Numbered from the whole stretch's first letter, positions 1-11,670 are shown. The stretch: 58,242 nucleotides of DNA, filler included, from Sphacelaria rigidula (GCA_964200075.2; 10 parts of 10 records of this genome joined end to end with filler, not necessarily neighbours in it); one strand, 5' to 3'. The notes: generated by a model not told the origin, from the sequence alone. Made by a program: numbers and translations.

Positions 1-879
1 GCTTTGGATGATACTTTTGTCCTGATCACCTTGCCACACAGCCCTTTGTGGTCGGGGTGGGTCGCCATTTCCCCCCTTGTTAAATGCGGCAAATATTCTC
101 TTCGAAGGGTATCAGCGTTGCGGCGCGCGTGCATACAATAGTATAGTGCAGTACAGTATAGTACGCCTCTCCGACTGAAGCAGCAGCTTCCACTACATAC
201 TCCCTTGCACGTTCTCGGCAATTCTCAGCTACCGAAATCAGTTGCCTATATACAGCTTTGCCATCCCCGTCCACTACATACATGTGGACTGCACACTGCA
301 AGTCATCGGCAGAGGGATACGCAGAATTCATTACGGTAGCTCCTTTTGTCTTCCCACAGCCCACCTGGATTTTGTGCCTCGTGAAAATGACCACATGGTG
401 GCATGTACACTCCTTCCCCGTTTTTTCCAGTCCATCCTATGTTCGTGTGAATTACTACGTTTTAGTACAGAATTGGGACCCAAAAAACACTCCGGAAAAA
501 CTCGAGAACGGTATACTGAGAGCAAGTAATTCCATAAAACCAAGCTGCGACCACCCTGCACTTAGAAACCTGGGGAGGCTTATCTGGGCCAGTGATAAGG
601 TCCCCACACGATTTTTGCAGTGGCATTACACTCGAAAACAATCCCCGCGCTGATCGTTCGGGTCTGGCCGATAAATTTCGCCTCGCCGTGACTGGGCAGG
701 TCGCTCGAAGACATATTTTTTTATTATTTCACTAACACAGAGTCAGCCCTTTGTTGGTGGGGGTCCGGTCCCAAAAGGGTAATTTGGATGCATGACAGAT
801 ATCAGTAAAAAACGGCGTTGGCGAATCTCGATTTGGCCTGGGAGTGCATGGCTCGGCAAGGGAGGGGGGAATCGCAATC

Positions 880-1700
880 CCCGGCAGGTGCTATCTACCA
901 TACCGAGGGGGCTGTTATCTACCGTTTCGCCCTACTGTAAAAGACTGTCGATGACCCTGGGTATAACAGGTGTCATTGGAGAAGTGATACGCTCAAAGCA
1001 TTCTCAATATGAAAGAACGGGAACACCCCTGCCCCCCTACGCGGACAAAATCAAAGCATTACCTCTCTGGCCATGCTCCCGCAGGGGTGATATCAACCGT
1101 TTTGGTCTGAAACTTACGAAGGGCGATGCCCTCGGAAACGGCAGGCGCATAACAAAAACGCCACCTCCGTACCATGCTGTCTATACGGACCCATCTGCTC
1201 CCACCCAGGGGATGAAGTAATTTTATCCCCCCTCCAAGCACGCTCAGGAGTGTTATCGGACATCTTGGCCAGTAGCATACGAAGAAAGGTGTTTCTGTAA
1301 ATCGGATAGGTATCGCTACAACTTATATGCCTTACTCCATTGATCACTGATAACATCTCATCCCTCCGACACCGGGGATGAGGTCTATCACAAACGCTCA
1401 TGGGAGGGGGTGTCATTTACGGTTCTGGGCCGAAGCGTACAAAGGAGCATGCCCCTGGGGATGGCAGAGGTATCACAACAACCATTATGATCTACCTTAT
1501 TGGTGTATGATCATCTTCCTCCACTCCTACCCCGGGGATGGAATAACTTCATCCCCTTTCCACATACGTTCACGGGGTGTTATCTACCGTTTCTTGACCC
1601 GCAACGTCCGGATGTCTATACCCCAGTGGACGGGAGAGGTATCATTAGAATGCCTACTGCCGGTGAAAATTTTATTTAACAGACTGTTGTCAACATTCCG
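880..1700 (+). pseudogene. Decayed ORF for an unidentified ~55-aa tandem repeat protein (about 5 units, ~165 bp period)
   Basis: GGGGTGTTATCTACCGTT-like motif at ~909, 1084, 1247, 1407, 1574, with CCNGGGGATGA-like motifs at ~1204, 1371, 1531; units translate as PGDExxLSPLQxRxGVLS[TD][VI]L; stops and frameshifts present; homologous unit on contig 5. Confidence 0.6.
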
Positions 1701-1862
1701 CCACATTTTCCCGTACATGGTCCGAAAATCTTCAATACCCGTCGGTCGTAGCTGCAGATATCGCATCTGGCGTTTGCACCGAGTGGTGTGACCCCCTCCG
1801 ATTTGATGAGATACAATTGATTTCCGTGCTGGGAATATTGATTATGTATCCGCAACATATAA

Positions 1863-2033
1863 AAATTTTCACATGCCATATGTTCAAAATGCTCATTATC
1901 CACTTCTTTTTTTAAATCACCACCTCGGATTCGCAGTCTCCATCGAAATTTTTACATGCCATACGTTCAAATGTTCATTATCCACTTCTTGTTTTTTTTT
2001 TTAAATACTACCTCGGATTCGCAGTCTCCATCG
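1863..2033. repeat. Two-copy tandem duplication (~85 bp unit)
   Basis: 1863-1945 and 1946-2033 share ACATGCCATA..GTTCAAA..TCATTATCCACTTCTT..CCTCGGATTCGCAGTCTCCATCG. Confidence 0.9.
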
Positions 2034-2405
2034 AGTTTCCAGCCAGACCATCTTTCCCCCTTCATTTCGAGTAATAATTCTCCTCTGCCGAAGACAGGAA
2101 TAAATATGTATCAGGAAAATATATGAATATGTGTGTATATAAGACTCCTTGAAGCATCTACAGTGGGCACCGGCTAAAGATTTACACAACATATTTTTTG
2201 TACTGGTGATTGTGCAATGTTATTCTTCTCTACTTGTTTTGCCCGCACCCACTACGGTATGTATATATATATATATATATATATATCCGTGTATGTGCCG
2301 TCGCCACATGCACAGCCGCCACGCCCGGTGGTCCAATGTAAATTGGAATGACTGAAACCAGTCAGGTCTGAAGGATTGATTGATTGATGAATGGATGGAT
2401 GGATT

Positions 2406-2665
2406 CAAGGGTCGGACGAATTAACGATTCGTCCGGAAACCTGCTTGATTTTAGTGTGATTTATTCGTACGGTACGAATGAATCCTTACGCTTTATTTTC
2501 AGCGTGGCAACACGGGTACGCGAAGCCCAGGCACATGGGATGACGCAAAAGTTGCGTGGAGACCTGTTCGACGAGCGGTCGACTTTTTTTCTCTCTTTCG
2601 ATCAATCAGGCCTAAGAAATCGTGGATTCGGTGACTCGAACCGGCGATGTTTCGTCCGAACCATG
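2406..2665 (+). mobile_element. hAT-type MITE, family E (260 bp)
   Basis: TIRs CAAGGGTCGGACGAA / TTCGTCCGAACCATG (13/15); other copies at 13345-15712, 23339-23506, 47625-47895; sits in a (GGAT)n tract. Confidence 0.85.
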
Positions 2666-2689
2666 GATGCATGGATGGATGGATGGATG

Positions 2690-2880
2690 GATGGATTGTT
2701 GCACAGTGACTGATTCCGTAAAAGTCATAATCCAGCCGTGGTCATTATCCACAAGATAAACGTGCCGTACCCAAGGCTTTCTCAAAGAAACCGGAGAACG
2801 GGAAGAAGACGAAGAACAAAAACGATAAAACAAAAGGAATAAACTGAGCAAAAGCGAGAAACAAGAACTCAACAGGAATG
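2690..2880 (-). repeat. Probable non-LTR retroposon 3' end next to a tetranucleotide tail
   Basis: CCAGCCGTGGTCA core shared with 6145-6330 and 10043-10330, each next to a (TCAA)/(TCCA)n tail on the minus strand. Confidence 0.4.
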
Positions 2881-3073
2881 CAAAAAATTCAACAACAAAA
2901 AAAAAGGAAGAGGAATAACAACAAGGGTAGTCGTGCACGGGGAACACCCGGGAAAATACTCGAGTAAATACCCCGGGTGAACAAAAAACGGTACCCTACA
3001 GAACACAACCTTGGAAATGGGCATGATAGAAGCAAATGGAAAATGCAGACACAAATGCAGAAAAAAAACATAC

Positions 3074-3241
3074 CTTTCCAAGACCTACATACAGATTCCT
3101 CTCCGAGTGTCCCGCCTTGAGCTGGTCCACGATATCGTTCAGGACCACCGGATCGATCCCAGTTTCGTCTTCTCCCGCCCGGCGCCCTCTGCCTCTCTCG
3201 CCGTCGCCTCGCGCATCGGAATCGTCATCGTCGTCATCCAT
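3074..3241 (-). CDS. Next exon of the same gene (MDDDDDDSDARGDG...GIDPVVLNDIVDQLKAGHSERNLYVGLGK)
   Basis: TACAG acceptor, AG|GTATGT donor, 168 nt, phase 0/0; GC-rich coding-like island in AT-rich intron; no family recognised. Confidence 0.75.
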
Positions 3242-3429
3242 CTGTATTTTTCATCATTGTTGTATTTAGGGTTCGGGTTCTACTACAGAGTGGTGCTCGA
3301 AAGTGCGGGGAATTTTTCACAGTGCGGTCGAAACCACTCGTAGGAAGTCCGAGTCACTAAACATGCCGGTGTCAGGTCATTGCGCTATAATACCAGTACC
3401 GTGTAGGGGTCCCGCGATAGTGCAGTCAT

Positions 3430-3575
3430 ACGAAAAATAGTAATAATGACGATAATTATAATAACGATAATGATCATGATCATGATCATGATCATGATAC
3501 GGCAATGAGGATGAGATGGACAGTGACAATGACGTTGGTTGTGATCATCATGAAAATGATCATGATGATGATATG
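3430..3575. repeat. Compound (ATA/ATG/GATCAT)n microsatellite
   Basis: Direct inspection. Confidence 0.9.
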
Positions 3576-3634
3576 CAGATAATATATATTTTTCTTCTTG
3601 CCGGTGAAAAGGATGCCGTTTGATTACATGTATG

Positions 3635-3950
3635 GATAAATGAATAAATGAATAGACGAACAAATTAGTAGATGGATAGATGAACAGATCAATAGACGAA
3701 TAGATGAATAAATAAACAAATGCACAAATGAACAAATGAACAAAAAAAACAAATGAATAAATGAACAAGTGAACAAGTGAACAAATCAACAAATCAACAA
3801 ATCAACAAATCAACAAATAGACAAATGGACAAATGGACAAATGGACAAATGGACAAATAGACAAATAGACAAATAGACAAATAGACAAATAGACAAATAG
3901 ACAAAAGGACAAATAGACAAATAGACAAATTGACAAATAGACAAATAAAT
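3635..3950. repeat. Octamer minisatellite (GACAAATA/GACAAATG/GAACAAAT)n
   Basis: Direct inspection; explains the stop-free FVYLSIC ORFs. Confidence 0.95.
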
Positions 3951-4401
3951 TATGTACTCTTTGACTGAAACATGTCTGACTGGTATCCACACAAATACGT
4001 GGTGACAAACAAAGACACCTTGTTCCTATCAAATCACATCACACGCTTAACCCCTACCCTTCCCCGGAACAAGCCTGTAGTTTCTCCAGATCAACCCATT
4101 CAGACCCCCAATACACGCCTCCCCGACACCCTGTTACCACGGATTGGATCATGACCATCGGGCGCCTCTCACGCCCTGTCGACTCTCCCCCAGATTTTCT
4201 TGCTCATCACTACCCGTCACGCTTCGAGCGACAAAATAACAAAACCTGCTATCCAGAAAATACCGCACTCGTCGGGATATACAACGTACCGAATTAATTC
4301 GGTTCTGCACCTTCACCTACCCCAACCGTGTCTACGTTCACCTGAGAGGACCTTACCCATTGCTCGTACACAACGGTCGGTACTACATGAGGTGCCGTCA
4401 T

Positions 4402-4785
4402 CCCTATCACTAACCCTAACCCTAACCCCTACCAGGGAACAAGGCGACCCTCGGGGGCGGGGGGTGAAGATGGTGCCCTAAAACAGGCATGCCCCGGACA
4501 CTACATATTACACCGTCCAAAACTGTACCTTGTACAGTGGGGAATATTTTGTCCAATGCAATAGACGCAATAGTCTACACTGTACGCAGTACACTTGTTG
4601 GCATTATAATGTATTGTCACTATCCAGGATGTGGTCCCAGGTGAAGGGTTCGTTGGCAGACCTCAAACCGGCGGATGCGGCGCCGAGCTTGGACAAAAAG
4701 ACTTTCTGGACGAGCTAGGAGCACCTGGGACTGTCAGCCCCTCCAAAGATTCGAATATTGACGCTCAGTCTGAAATAAGGTCAAA
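4402..4785 (-). repeat. Interspersed repeat family T carrying a telomere-like motif; interrupted by a ~160 bp insert
   Basis: CTAACCCTAACCCTAACCC at ~4410 next to CCCTCGGG; body matches 6345-6525, 28485-28710 and 47910-48115. Confidence 0.7.
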
Positions 4786-4855
4786 TCAAGTATCAACAAC
4801 TGTGTACGACCAACGGGTAAGGTCTACTGCTCCACCTACCGACTTCTGACTGTAC

Positions 4856-4969
4856 CTCATCATCGTCGTCGTCGTCCAAACTGTCATCATCCAAGATGTT
4901 GCCTTTCCTCCTCTCCTCCTTTCCTAAACCGGAAGTTCTTACAGCTGAGTCAGAGTCATCTCCCAGTAC
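4856..4969 (-). CDS. Internal exon of an unidentified acidic protein (VLGDDSDSAVRTSGLGKEERRKGNILDDDSLDDDDDDE)
   Basis: CCAG acceptor and GTAC donor, 114 nt, phase 0/0; joins in frame to exon 3074-3241 and continues the Asp run. Confidence 0.7.
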
Positions 4970-5341
4970 CTGGCGCGCGATAAGGAATGAATGAAACATC
5001 CGATGAAATGTGCAAAGATACATACGGGGGGCTCCTAAAAGAGACACCTCCAACATTTACGTGCTCATCACGTTTCTTCCACACACTACACAAAAACCTT
5101 CAACATATCCTATGCCCGGCCTGTTTCGCCGTCTGAGGCCACCATTTATCTCGCGGTGTAGCGATCGTTTTCTCGTTGCTGTCGAGTACCATTAAACGAT
5201 TCCATGCCACCTTCGTTCACGTCCCTCATTCCCCCCTCTAGCACGTCCCGTTCCTCTTTGTATATATAGTTCATATTCTGCCACTGTATCAGTTCTGCTC
5301 TTTATTGCTTTGCCACAGGGGCAAATCTGTGTATCTACTTG

Positions 5342-5445
5342 TTCTCATGTGTTGCTTGCCTCAGTCATGTGACCATTGACCACGCATCCCTTTCGAGACA
5401 GCATCGTTCCTACTCCTGGTAGAGACACCTCGAACATTCTCGCAC
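5342..5445 (+). repeat. High-copy repeat family A
   Basis: CTCAT.TGTTGCTTGCCT.AGTCAT.TGACCATTGACCACGCATCCCTTTCGAGAC; about 10 copies in the window. Confidence 0.9.
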
Positions 5446-5735
5446 GCATGGCGTTACACACGATAACCCTTTACCCATCCCATTTCGCCGCCTGTGGCCA
5501 CGATCCACCTCCTAGAATACTCTCCATCTTGAGCACCAAACGATTTTATGTCACAGTGGCTTATTTCCCAGAATCTCCCCCCTCAACGGGGAAAGAGGGG
5601 GGAAGGACAGCGGAATTCCTCGTGAACACGCACACGTTTCTTGCTGGTCTACAATGGTTAATCCTTTCTCCTTAACTCCATCTCTGGTCTCATGAGATCC
5701 TGCGTCGTTTCGCCCTTCTACTATACTATACTACT

Positions 5736-5835
5736 NNNNNNNNNNNNNNNNNNNNNNNNNNNNNNNNNNNNNNNNNNNNTTAATTAATTAANNNNNNNNN
5801 NNNNNNNNNNNNNNNNNNNNNNNNNNNNNNNNNNN
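5736..5835. other. Artificial contig spacer (N44-TTAATTAATTAA-N44)
   Basis: 100-nt spacer whose 12-mer gives stops in all six frames; recurs every 5834-5835 nt. Confidence 0.99.
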
Positions 5836-5884
<49 letters not shown>

Positions 5885-5910
5885 TGATAATGATAATAAT
5901 AACAATGATT
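5836..5910. repeat. (ATA)n microsatellite at contig start
   Basis: Direct inspection. Confidence 0.95.
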
Positions 5911-6144
5911 ATATTGGTAATACTTATGACAACAATTCTGCAAAACAAATTTATATCGGATCAGGTATGATCAGGAAGCTTTACTTTCGTAACGTACTTA
6001 ACGCAACACTTTTTTTTCTTTTACTTTACACATGGAATGTACAAGTACAACGATCAAGCGGTGATCACAACCGAAGGTGACACCGCGACGACCGGCAGCA
6101 TCGCGCCCGCCCATCTCAGCCAGAAACATCCTCCACAACAGAAT

Positions 6145-6330
6145 GCTTGATTGATTGATTGATTGTCGCACATTAACTGATTCTCAAGGGACCCAGTCGT
6201 GGTCACAGCATAGACGCACGTAAGGTAAACAGAACAGAAACATTCGCTGAAGGAAAAAAAAGTGAAAAAAAAACAAGAGGTAGCACAAACAAACGGAGTA
6301 AACCACTCGAGTTCATTACCCCAGTTTGTC
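6145..6330 (-). repeat. Probable LINE/SINE 3' end with (TCAA)n tail
   Basis: Similar to 10043-10330 (CAG.CGTG.TC.C...ATAGACG.ACGTAAG...GAAACA.TCGCTGAAG); both next to (TTGA)n. Confidence 0.55.
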
Positions 6331-6344
6331 TCCAAATTAGCGGT

Positions 6345-6525
6345 CGTCGACGCGACTTGATCGGAACGTGAACACCGATATTAGGATTTTCAGTGATGCT
6401 AACAGTACCCACACAGACGCCGATTTGAGATCTGCCAACGCACACTTTGTTCAGGGCATCCTTTGCACCCACCCCTCTTGCCCGAGGGTTCTCGGTATAC
6501 CTTGGGTTAGGGTTGGGGTTAGAGT
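6345..6525 (+). repeat. Repeat family T (telomere-motif ended)
   Basis: CCCCTCTTGCCCGAGGGTTCTCGGTATACCTTGGGTTAGGGTTGGGGTTAG. Confidence 0.75.
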
Positions 6526-6784
6526 GGAAATATGGCATCGATAATTTGGAGACAAACAGTGGTGAACTGTTTTTCAGTCAACCGAAAAACGAAAGACAAG
6601 AACGAAGAAAACAATTTACTTCATCATGTCAGATCAAAAACGTTATCTGCGACCGAAGACAAAACCATCACGAAACACCAATGTGCCATGACAAAATCGA
6701 AACGCGGGCAAAAAGTCGAGTACGGACAAGAACGGTTATAACAGTCAAAAACAGCGTACAATATATAGCGGCATCTCCTCACAC

Positions 6785-6868
6785 CTTCCCCATATCTGAC
6801 GGACCCTTAGCGCCGACTGCAGTAATGGCCTCGTCCGCCCATTTCACCGTCGTGGCTTCGTCGGCCAG
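6785..6868 (-). CDS. yqeY: YqeY-like protein, next exon
   Basis: TTCTTCGCAG acceptor, AAG|GTGTGA donor, 28 codons LADEATTVKWADEAITAVGAKGPSDMGK with the YqeY GAxxxxDMGK motif; first and last exons not found in this contig. Confidence 0.9.
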
Positions 6869-7164
6869 CTGCGAAGAAGACACCGCGCAAAAGTTACACA
6901 CCCACCAATAAACACGAAGCAGGAGCGATGGCTGGTTTGTTTTCGTACAGTGGTAACTGACCCGCTACAAATCTAGAGGTTCGCATCCAAGGGCGAGAAA
7001 AAGGGGAACACTCGCTGTAATAGCGCCAACCTGAGAACAGGGAAAGATGGAGAGCAAAGCAGAGAACATGTACATACAGTAAATTGAGAACGAACAAGAC
7101 TGAATAACACAGTATTTTGTTTTACAAAGATTTTCCTGTAGGCATTCGTGAGCAGATAGTACAA

Positions 7165-9640
7165 GAGGCCCTTTACATAACCGTTATACGCGATTTTTTG
7201 CGTATGTCCATGTGCATAGATGGCTACTTGAGATCTTCACTTAGGCCACCCGATGCAAGGATGGCCATCTGAAACTTGTGCCCGGCGGAGGCATGGTAGA
7301 GTGAATTTTTCAAGGCTCTACACCTTACACGTTCACGATACGTTTCGTTTGGCACCTTGGAAACATTTAGCGTTACGTAAACGTTTTTATTTGAAAATTT
7401 AATCGTCGCGTTACGTTACGTTCATCGCGTTAAAACATGTCACGTTACGTTTCAATACATGTAACGTCTAATGTAACGTTTCGTTGACACGTAAAACGTT
7501 CGAATGTAATGTTTCACTCTGTGCATGTCGCGGCTTATCTACCACTGTGTGAGGCGTTGTAACGTGTCATGTAACGCGTGACGTTACCATGTACGTGACG
7601 CTGACGGTGGCTCGTCGTATGTTTGAGCATAGGCGCGTTATTTGATTGTTCGACGTCACTTTCTCTACAGTGCCTCGTTCATTCGTTCTTGGCCGTTGTA
7701 TTTTCATACATATATTTTTTCATTTCGTCTCTTTGTTTTCCATTTTGCATTTTCGAATGGTTGGCCATTCGTGTGACACGTACTGTACACGAAAAGATCG
7801 TGAACATAATTGAACGCCGGCTATTAGACGTTACACGTGCATTAGACGTTGCACGTTACATAAAACGTCTTAGACAAGTTACACGAAGCGGCGAAAACTA
7901 CAAGTTGAAAACAAAATTTGGAATCCTGTGAGATTGTGCTTCAACAAGCACGAGTTAATTTGAATGATCACGGTATAGGGCATACTATCTCAGCAAGTTC
8001 GCGCGCTCCGCGCCACAGCACGCATTACAAGTTATCATTACAGCACAGCATCATAACATCATGCTCATCTTGACAACATTCATATCAATACAGGGAACCG
8101 GGTGTAACGTACCCGCTTACGCCACGTTCGGGTGCAACATGTACATGAGATGAATCCAGGGGGGGAATCGGCGGGTCCACGAATAGGGGGTGCCGAAGCC
8201 TCCAGCCATCATCAGCCGTTGCCTGCGAACTTGCTGAAATAGTACGTCCAATACCATGGTCATTCAACGTCCATTGTGTTCATTGAAGCACAATCTTCTA
8301 GGATTTCAAATTTCAGTACAAAACTTGAAGTGTGCACCCCTTCATGTAAGGTCTAATACACGTGTAACGTCTCATACACGTGTTGTAACACGCGTGTTAA
8401 ACATTACACGTTACACGAAATGGTCCATATTACGTGCTTTGAACGTTTGGATAAATCAACATTCACGTTACGTTAACGTTCCACTTGAAAATTTAACGGT
8501 TACGTTACGTTCATCACATGAAAGAAAATTAACGTTCACGTTACGTTTCGGCCAAAACGTAACGTGTGACGCTGTGGCACGTGTAACGTGTAGAGCCTTG
8601 GAGATTTCCACCCTCGCTGTCCGCTTTGAAGATGGTCATGTGACTCGGGTGCCCGGTGTCAGAGAAAGTCAGGTGAAACTTCCACTTTTTGTGCCCGGTT
8701 CAAGCATATGGTCATTCTACAGACTCTTGATGGACTTTCTTTGAGGATGAGCCCCTGGGAACCTTTATAAGCATCGATACTTTTTCGAAAAAAGGACGCA
8801 AATGCACACTCCGGCTGTTATGTGTGTCCTCTCCCATCCTTAGGAAACTCCTGGCGTAATTTGTAAAATCCCGTGTTCATACCGAACGATTTCGACGTCC
8901 GTTCATTTCCGTATGGAAAAACAATCTTATCTGCCAGAATACACAAATGGCGGACGGATTTTGTGCCTAGCATAAGCGAGGCCACACATCACGGCCGGAG
9001 AGTTCACTTTCGTTTTTTTCGGAAGTATTTCGACGCTTTTAAGGTTCCCAAGATTCCTCCTCACAAAAAAAAGGCAATCAGTACAATCCCGTGTTTTGTG
9101 CCTGGTTCAGGGATGTCCATGTGAGAGCTTGCCCTGCATGTGAAAAGCCTTGCTCTATTTGTATTTCAAGAACTGAGTTTTCAACACCTGAGGCGGCCAT
9201 GTTGAAAGCAATGCAACATATGATCGGCCTGAATGCCGAGCACACACTCCTCCATAACCCCCACGCCAATAGACATGAGAATGGCGCTCCATTCAGGCCG
9301 GCTCACGCTCATCACCCAAAATTGTGTCATCAGCAAATGCCTTCCGCAATATCTACTCAATAGTCGTACACATGGTATCACACTGATCGCCATGGGCATT
9401 TAAAGAGGGCCACATAGCCGTACTTTCGTTTGAGGCCATAAGGGTGGCGCCAAGGGCGAAAAAAGTGCGATAGTGTACCTCCACTAATCAACGGCCTTGA
9501 AATTGTTCTGACTTCAGAATACGAATTCTCAACATAATTTTTACCCAATCTCGACACGTTTCAAGTCGCAGTTAACGTCATCAACCCAGGAATCTAACCG
9601 AAACGCATATTTGAAAACGGTTATAACGGGATCGAGTTAT
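7165..9640. mobile_element. Older non-autonomous DNA element filling the yqeY intron (host of the 7311-8600 insertion)
   Basis: Recurrent TTGTGCC(C/T)GG and (A/G)GGCCA(C/T) motifs on both sides of the insertion; weak ATAACCGTT/AACGGTTAT inverted ends; boundaries uncertain. Confidence 0.35.
7311..8600. mobile_element. Non-autonomous hAT-like element, ACGTT family (1290 bp)
   Basis: 20-bp TIRs CAAGGCTCTACACCTTACAC / GTGTAACGTGTAGAGCCTTG (19/20); dense ACGTT(AC) subterminal motifs; homologous to 13576-15675; candidate 8-bp TSD matches only 5/8. Confidence 0.85.
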
Positions 9641-9853
9641 ACCCCAAACCGTGGTATTTCGGTGATATAGGGTTTTGGCGTTATCGGATTTCCATTGATG
9701 ATATGCACCCTACTGACCATTTCCCTAAATACTCTCATACTGATAGTAGCAGCAGCAGCAGCAGCAGCAGCAAAAAAAAGAATATAGTGACAACAATAAT
9801 CAACACTTACTAAATTAATGACAAGAACAATGAAATAATGATAGTAATCGTAC

Positions 9854-10018
9854 CTTCGGCAGGAAGGATTCTATGAGGTCCTGCATATCTTGCTCTTGCT
9901 GGGCGAGATCCTGCTTGTTCCCTTGCTTGTACATGTCGATCGTCTCCTGTTGCTGCTTGGACATCTTGCGCAAAATCGTCATGCACTTCTCGTCGGGTAG
10001 AGAGTCTCCCGACCCGGC
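9854..10018 (-). CDS. yqeY: GatB/YqeY-domain (YqeY/Aim41-like) protein, internal exon
   Basis: CAG acceptor, AAG|GTACG donor, 55 codons AGSGDSLPDEKCMTILRKMSKQQQETIDMYKQGNKQDLAQQEQDMQDLIESFLPK; fits the YqeY pattern KQRxESIxxYxxxGRxDLAxxE...YLP. Confidence 0.9.
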
Positions 10019-10042
10019 CTGCGATGGGTTACAAACAAAAAA

Positions 10043-10330
10043 TGATTGATTAAATTTGATTGATTGGTTGTCGCCCTTCAAGTGACCCCCCAGGGCTCAT
10101 GATCCAGCCGTGATCTCATGATAGACGTACGTAAGACAAAACAAAACTGAAACACTCGCTGAAGAAAAGAAGGAACAGGAAAAAAAAAATCGAACAGAAA
10201 GACATAGTAGACCAAGACGTAACAAGAAAGGAGTTTTCAAAGAAGTCAACAAAAGCAAAGCACATAAATAAATGACCAACCCAAGACATGACGGAAACAG
10301 CTTCTCCATTCACGCGCGGGTGAATGCGGC
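10043..10330 (-). repeat. Probable LINE/SINE 3' end with (TCAA)n tail
   Basis: Similar to 6145-6330. Confidence 0.55.
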
Positions 10331-11432
10331 CAATTACTGAAGAGACTCGTAAAACGCTGGAGGGCACTAGAGTCTTTTTATGCGCGAGTTCGTCCCCCAA
10401 AATCCACGGTTGAATCAAGGTTGAATTCACTGGCGCACGTTGAGATCCGGGCCGTTACGGTGCTAAACTCCCACGTATCTTACGACGTGCGCGCCACGTG
10501 CTACTGCTCAACTCGGCGCAGTCGCCGATTTATGCTTTGCTCTGCTCTGCCACCCAACGAACCTCACTTGCTCGAAGGTTACCAGGCCGCCTTGAGTTGA
10601 GCTTTGAGGACGGATTCACCCATGGGTTTGACGAGCAGAGTATGTTTAACCATGGGCTTTTTGACGGCGAGCTGGCGTCAACTCCCCTCATGGTGACAGG
10701 GTGAAACATCGCAGAAAAGGAAAATGACACGCCCCTTCCGGGATGTGCCGACGCTATCGCGCTCGCACATCGAACAGTCTGTAGCGCATGCCTGCCTGCT
10801 CACGGCACTTCATTCGAAAACAAATTGCAGAGTTCATCCACGTGCAGGCTGATGCCTTCGGCGCAAATACCTTGACGTCTCTACCTTATACTCGGAGCTG
10901 AGAAAAATTGAAAAATTTACCATAAACTACCCCCCTCCTTCCCCCCCCCCTCACGGTTGCGTGACTCGGAAATGCGCACCAAGCCACGAGTTTTGAAGAG
11001 ATCTCACAGGCTTCGTTTCGTTCCGGCTGATATCTGATATACCATGCCTGAGTCGTAAGCTGGGGGCGGATACTCGTTTGTTGCTGGCCTTAGCTGTTTG
11101 ATCATTGCCCGGCGGGGGCGGAGGGGGGGTACAAACAATGTATGCAGCGTATGGAATTTCGACATGTGCCCAGCTGCTGCTAACACGAGATAGAAAATGG
11201 ACTCAGAATGAGACTTGCCGGAAACAGCAACAAGGTGGGGATACACGCCACGTCACACACGAGAAGGAGCGAGAACACCTTCCTCACATCACCTTATATT
11301 TGCGCACTACATATGGGTGACATTGGCGGAAACGAATCCAAGCGTGGGAATTCACAGCTGCTCGTTGCGCTCGACTTTTTTCATTTCGATTTACGTGTAG
11401 ATTTTGCCTCCCCAAACCAGCCATTTGTTTTT

Positions 11433-11570
11433 TGGGGGGGGGAGTGTACTCATGATCATGCATGCCATAGTCGTAAGATCATTGACCTCGCATCCCTACA
11501 AAGCCGGGATGGAGCACACCGGGTTTCCACCGGACCAGGTTCGCACTCAGTCACTAAGCACGGAGCGCCG
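11433..11570 (+). repeat. Repeat family B, 5' part (cut by contig end)
   Basis: G-run + GTACTCATGATC...ATTGACCTCGCATCCCTACAAAGCCGGGATGGAGCACACCGGG. Confidence 0.85.
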
Positions 11571-11670
11571 NNNNNNNNNNNNNNNNNNNNNNNNNNNNNN
11601 NNNNNNNNNNNNNNTTAATTAATTAANNNNNNNNNNNNNNNNNNNNNNNNNNNNNNNNNNNNNNNNNNNN
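11571..11670. other. Artificial contig spacer
   Basis: Same 100-nt N/TTAATTAATTAA/N spacer. Confidence 0.99.

Noticed and set aside
3385..4032. Hydrophobic repeat ORFs (FVYLSIC)n
   Set aside because: Translation of intronic micro- and minisatellites
4410..4428. Chromosome end (CCCTAA)n
   Set aside because: Only three units, internal, and part of dispersed family T
5780..5791. TTAATTAATTAA recurring every ~5834 nt as a biological periodic signal
   Set aside because: Always centred in N44 blocks; it is an artificial six-frame stop linker
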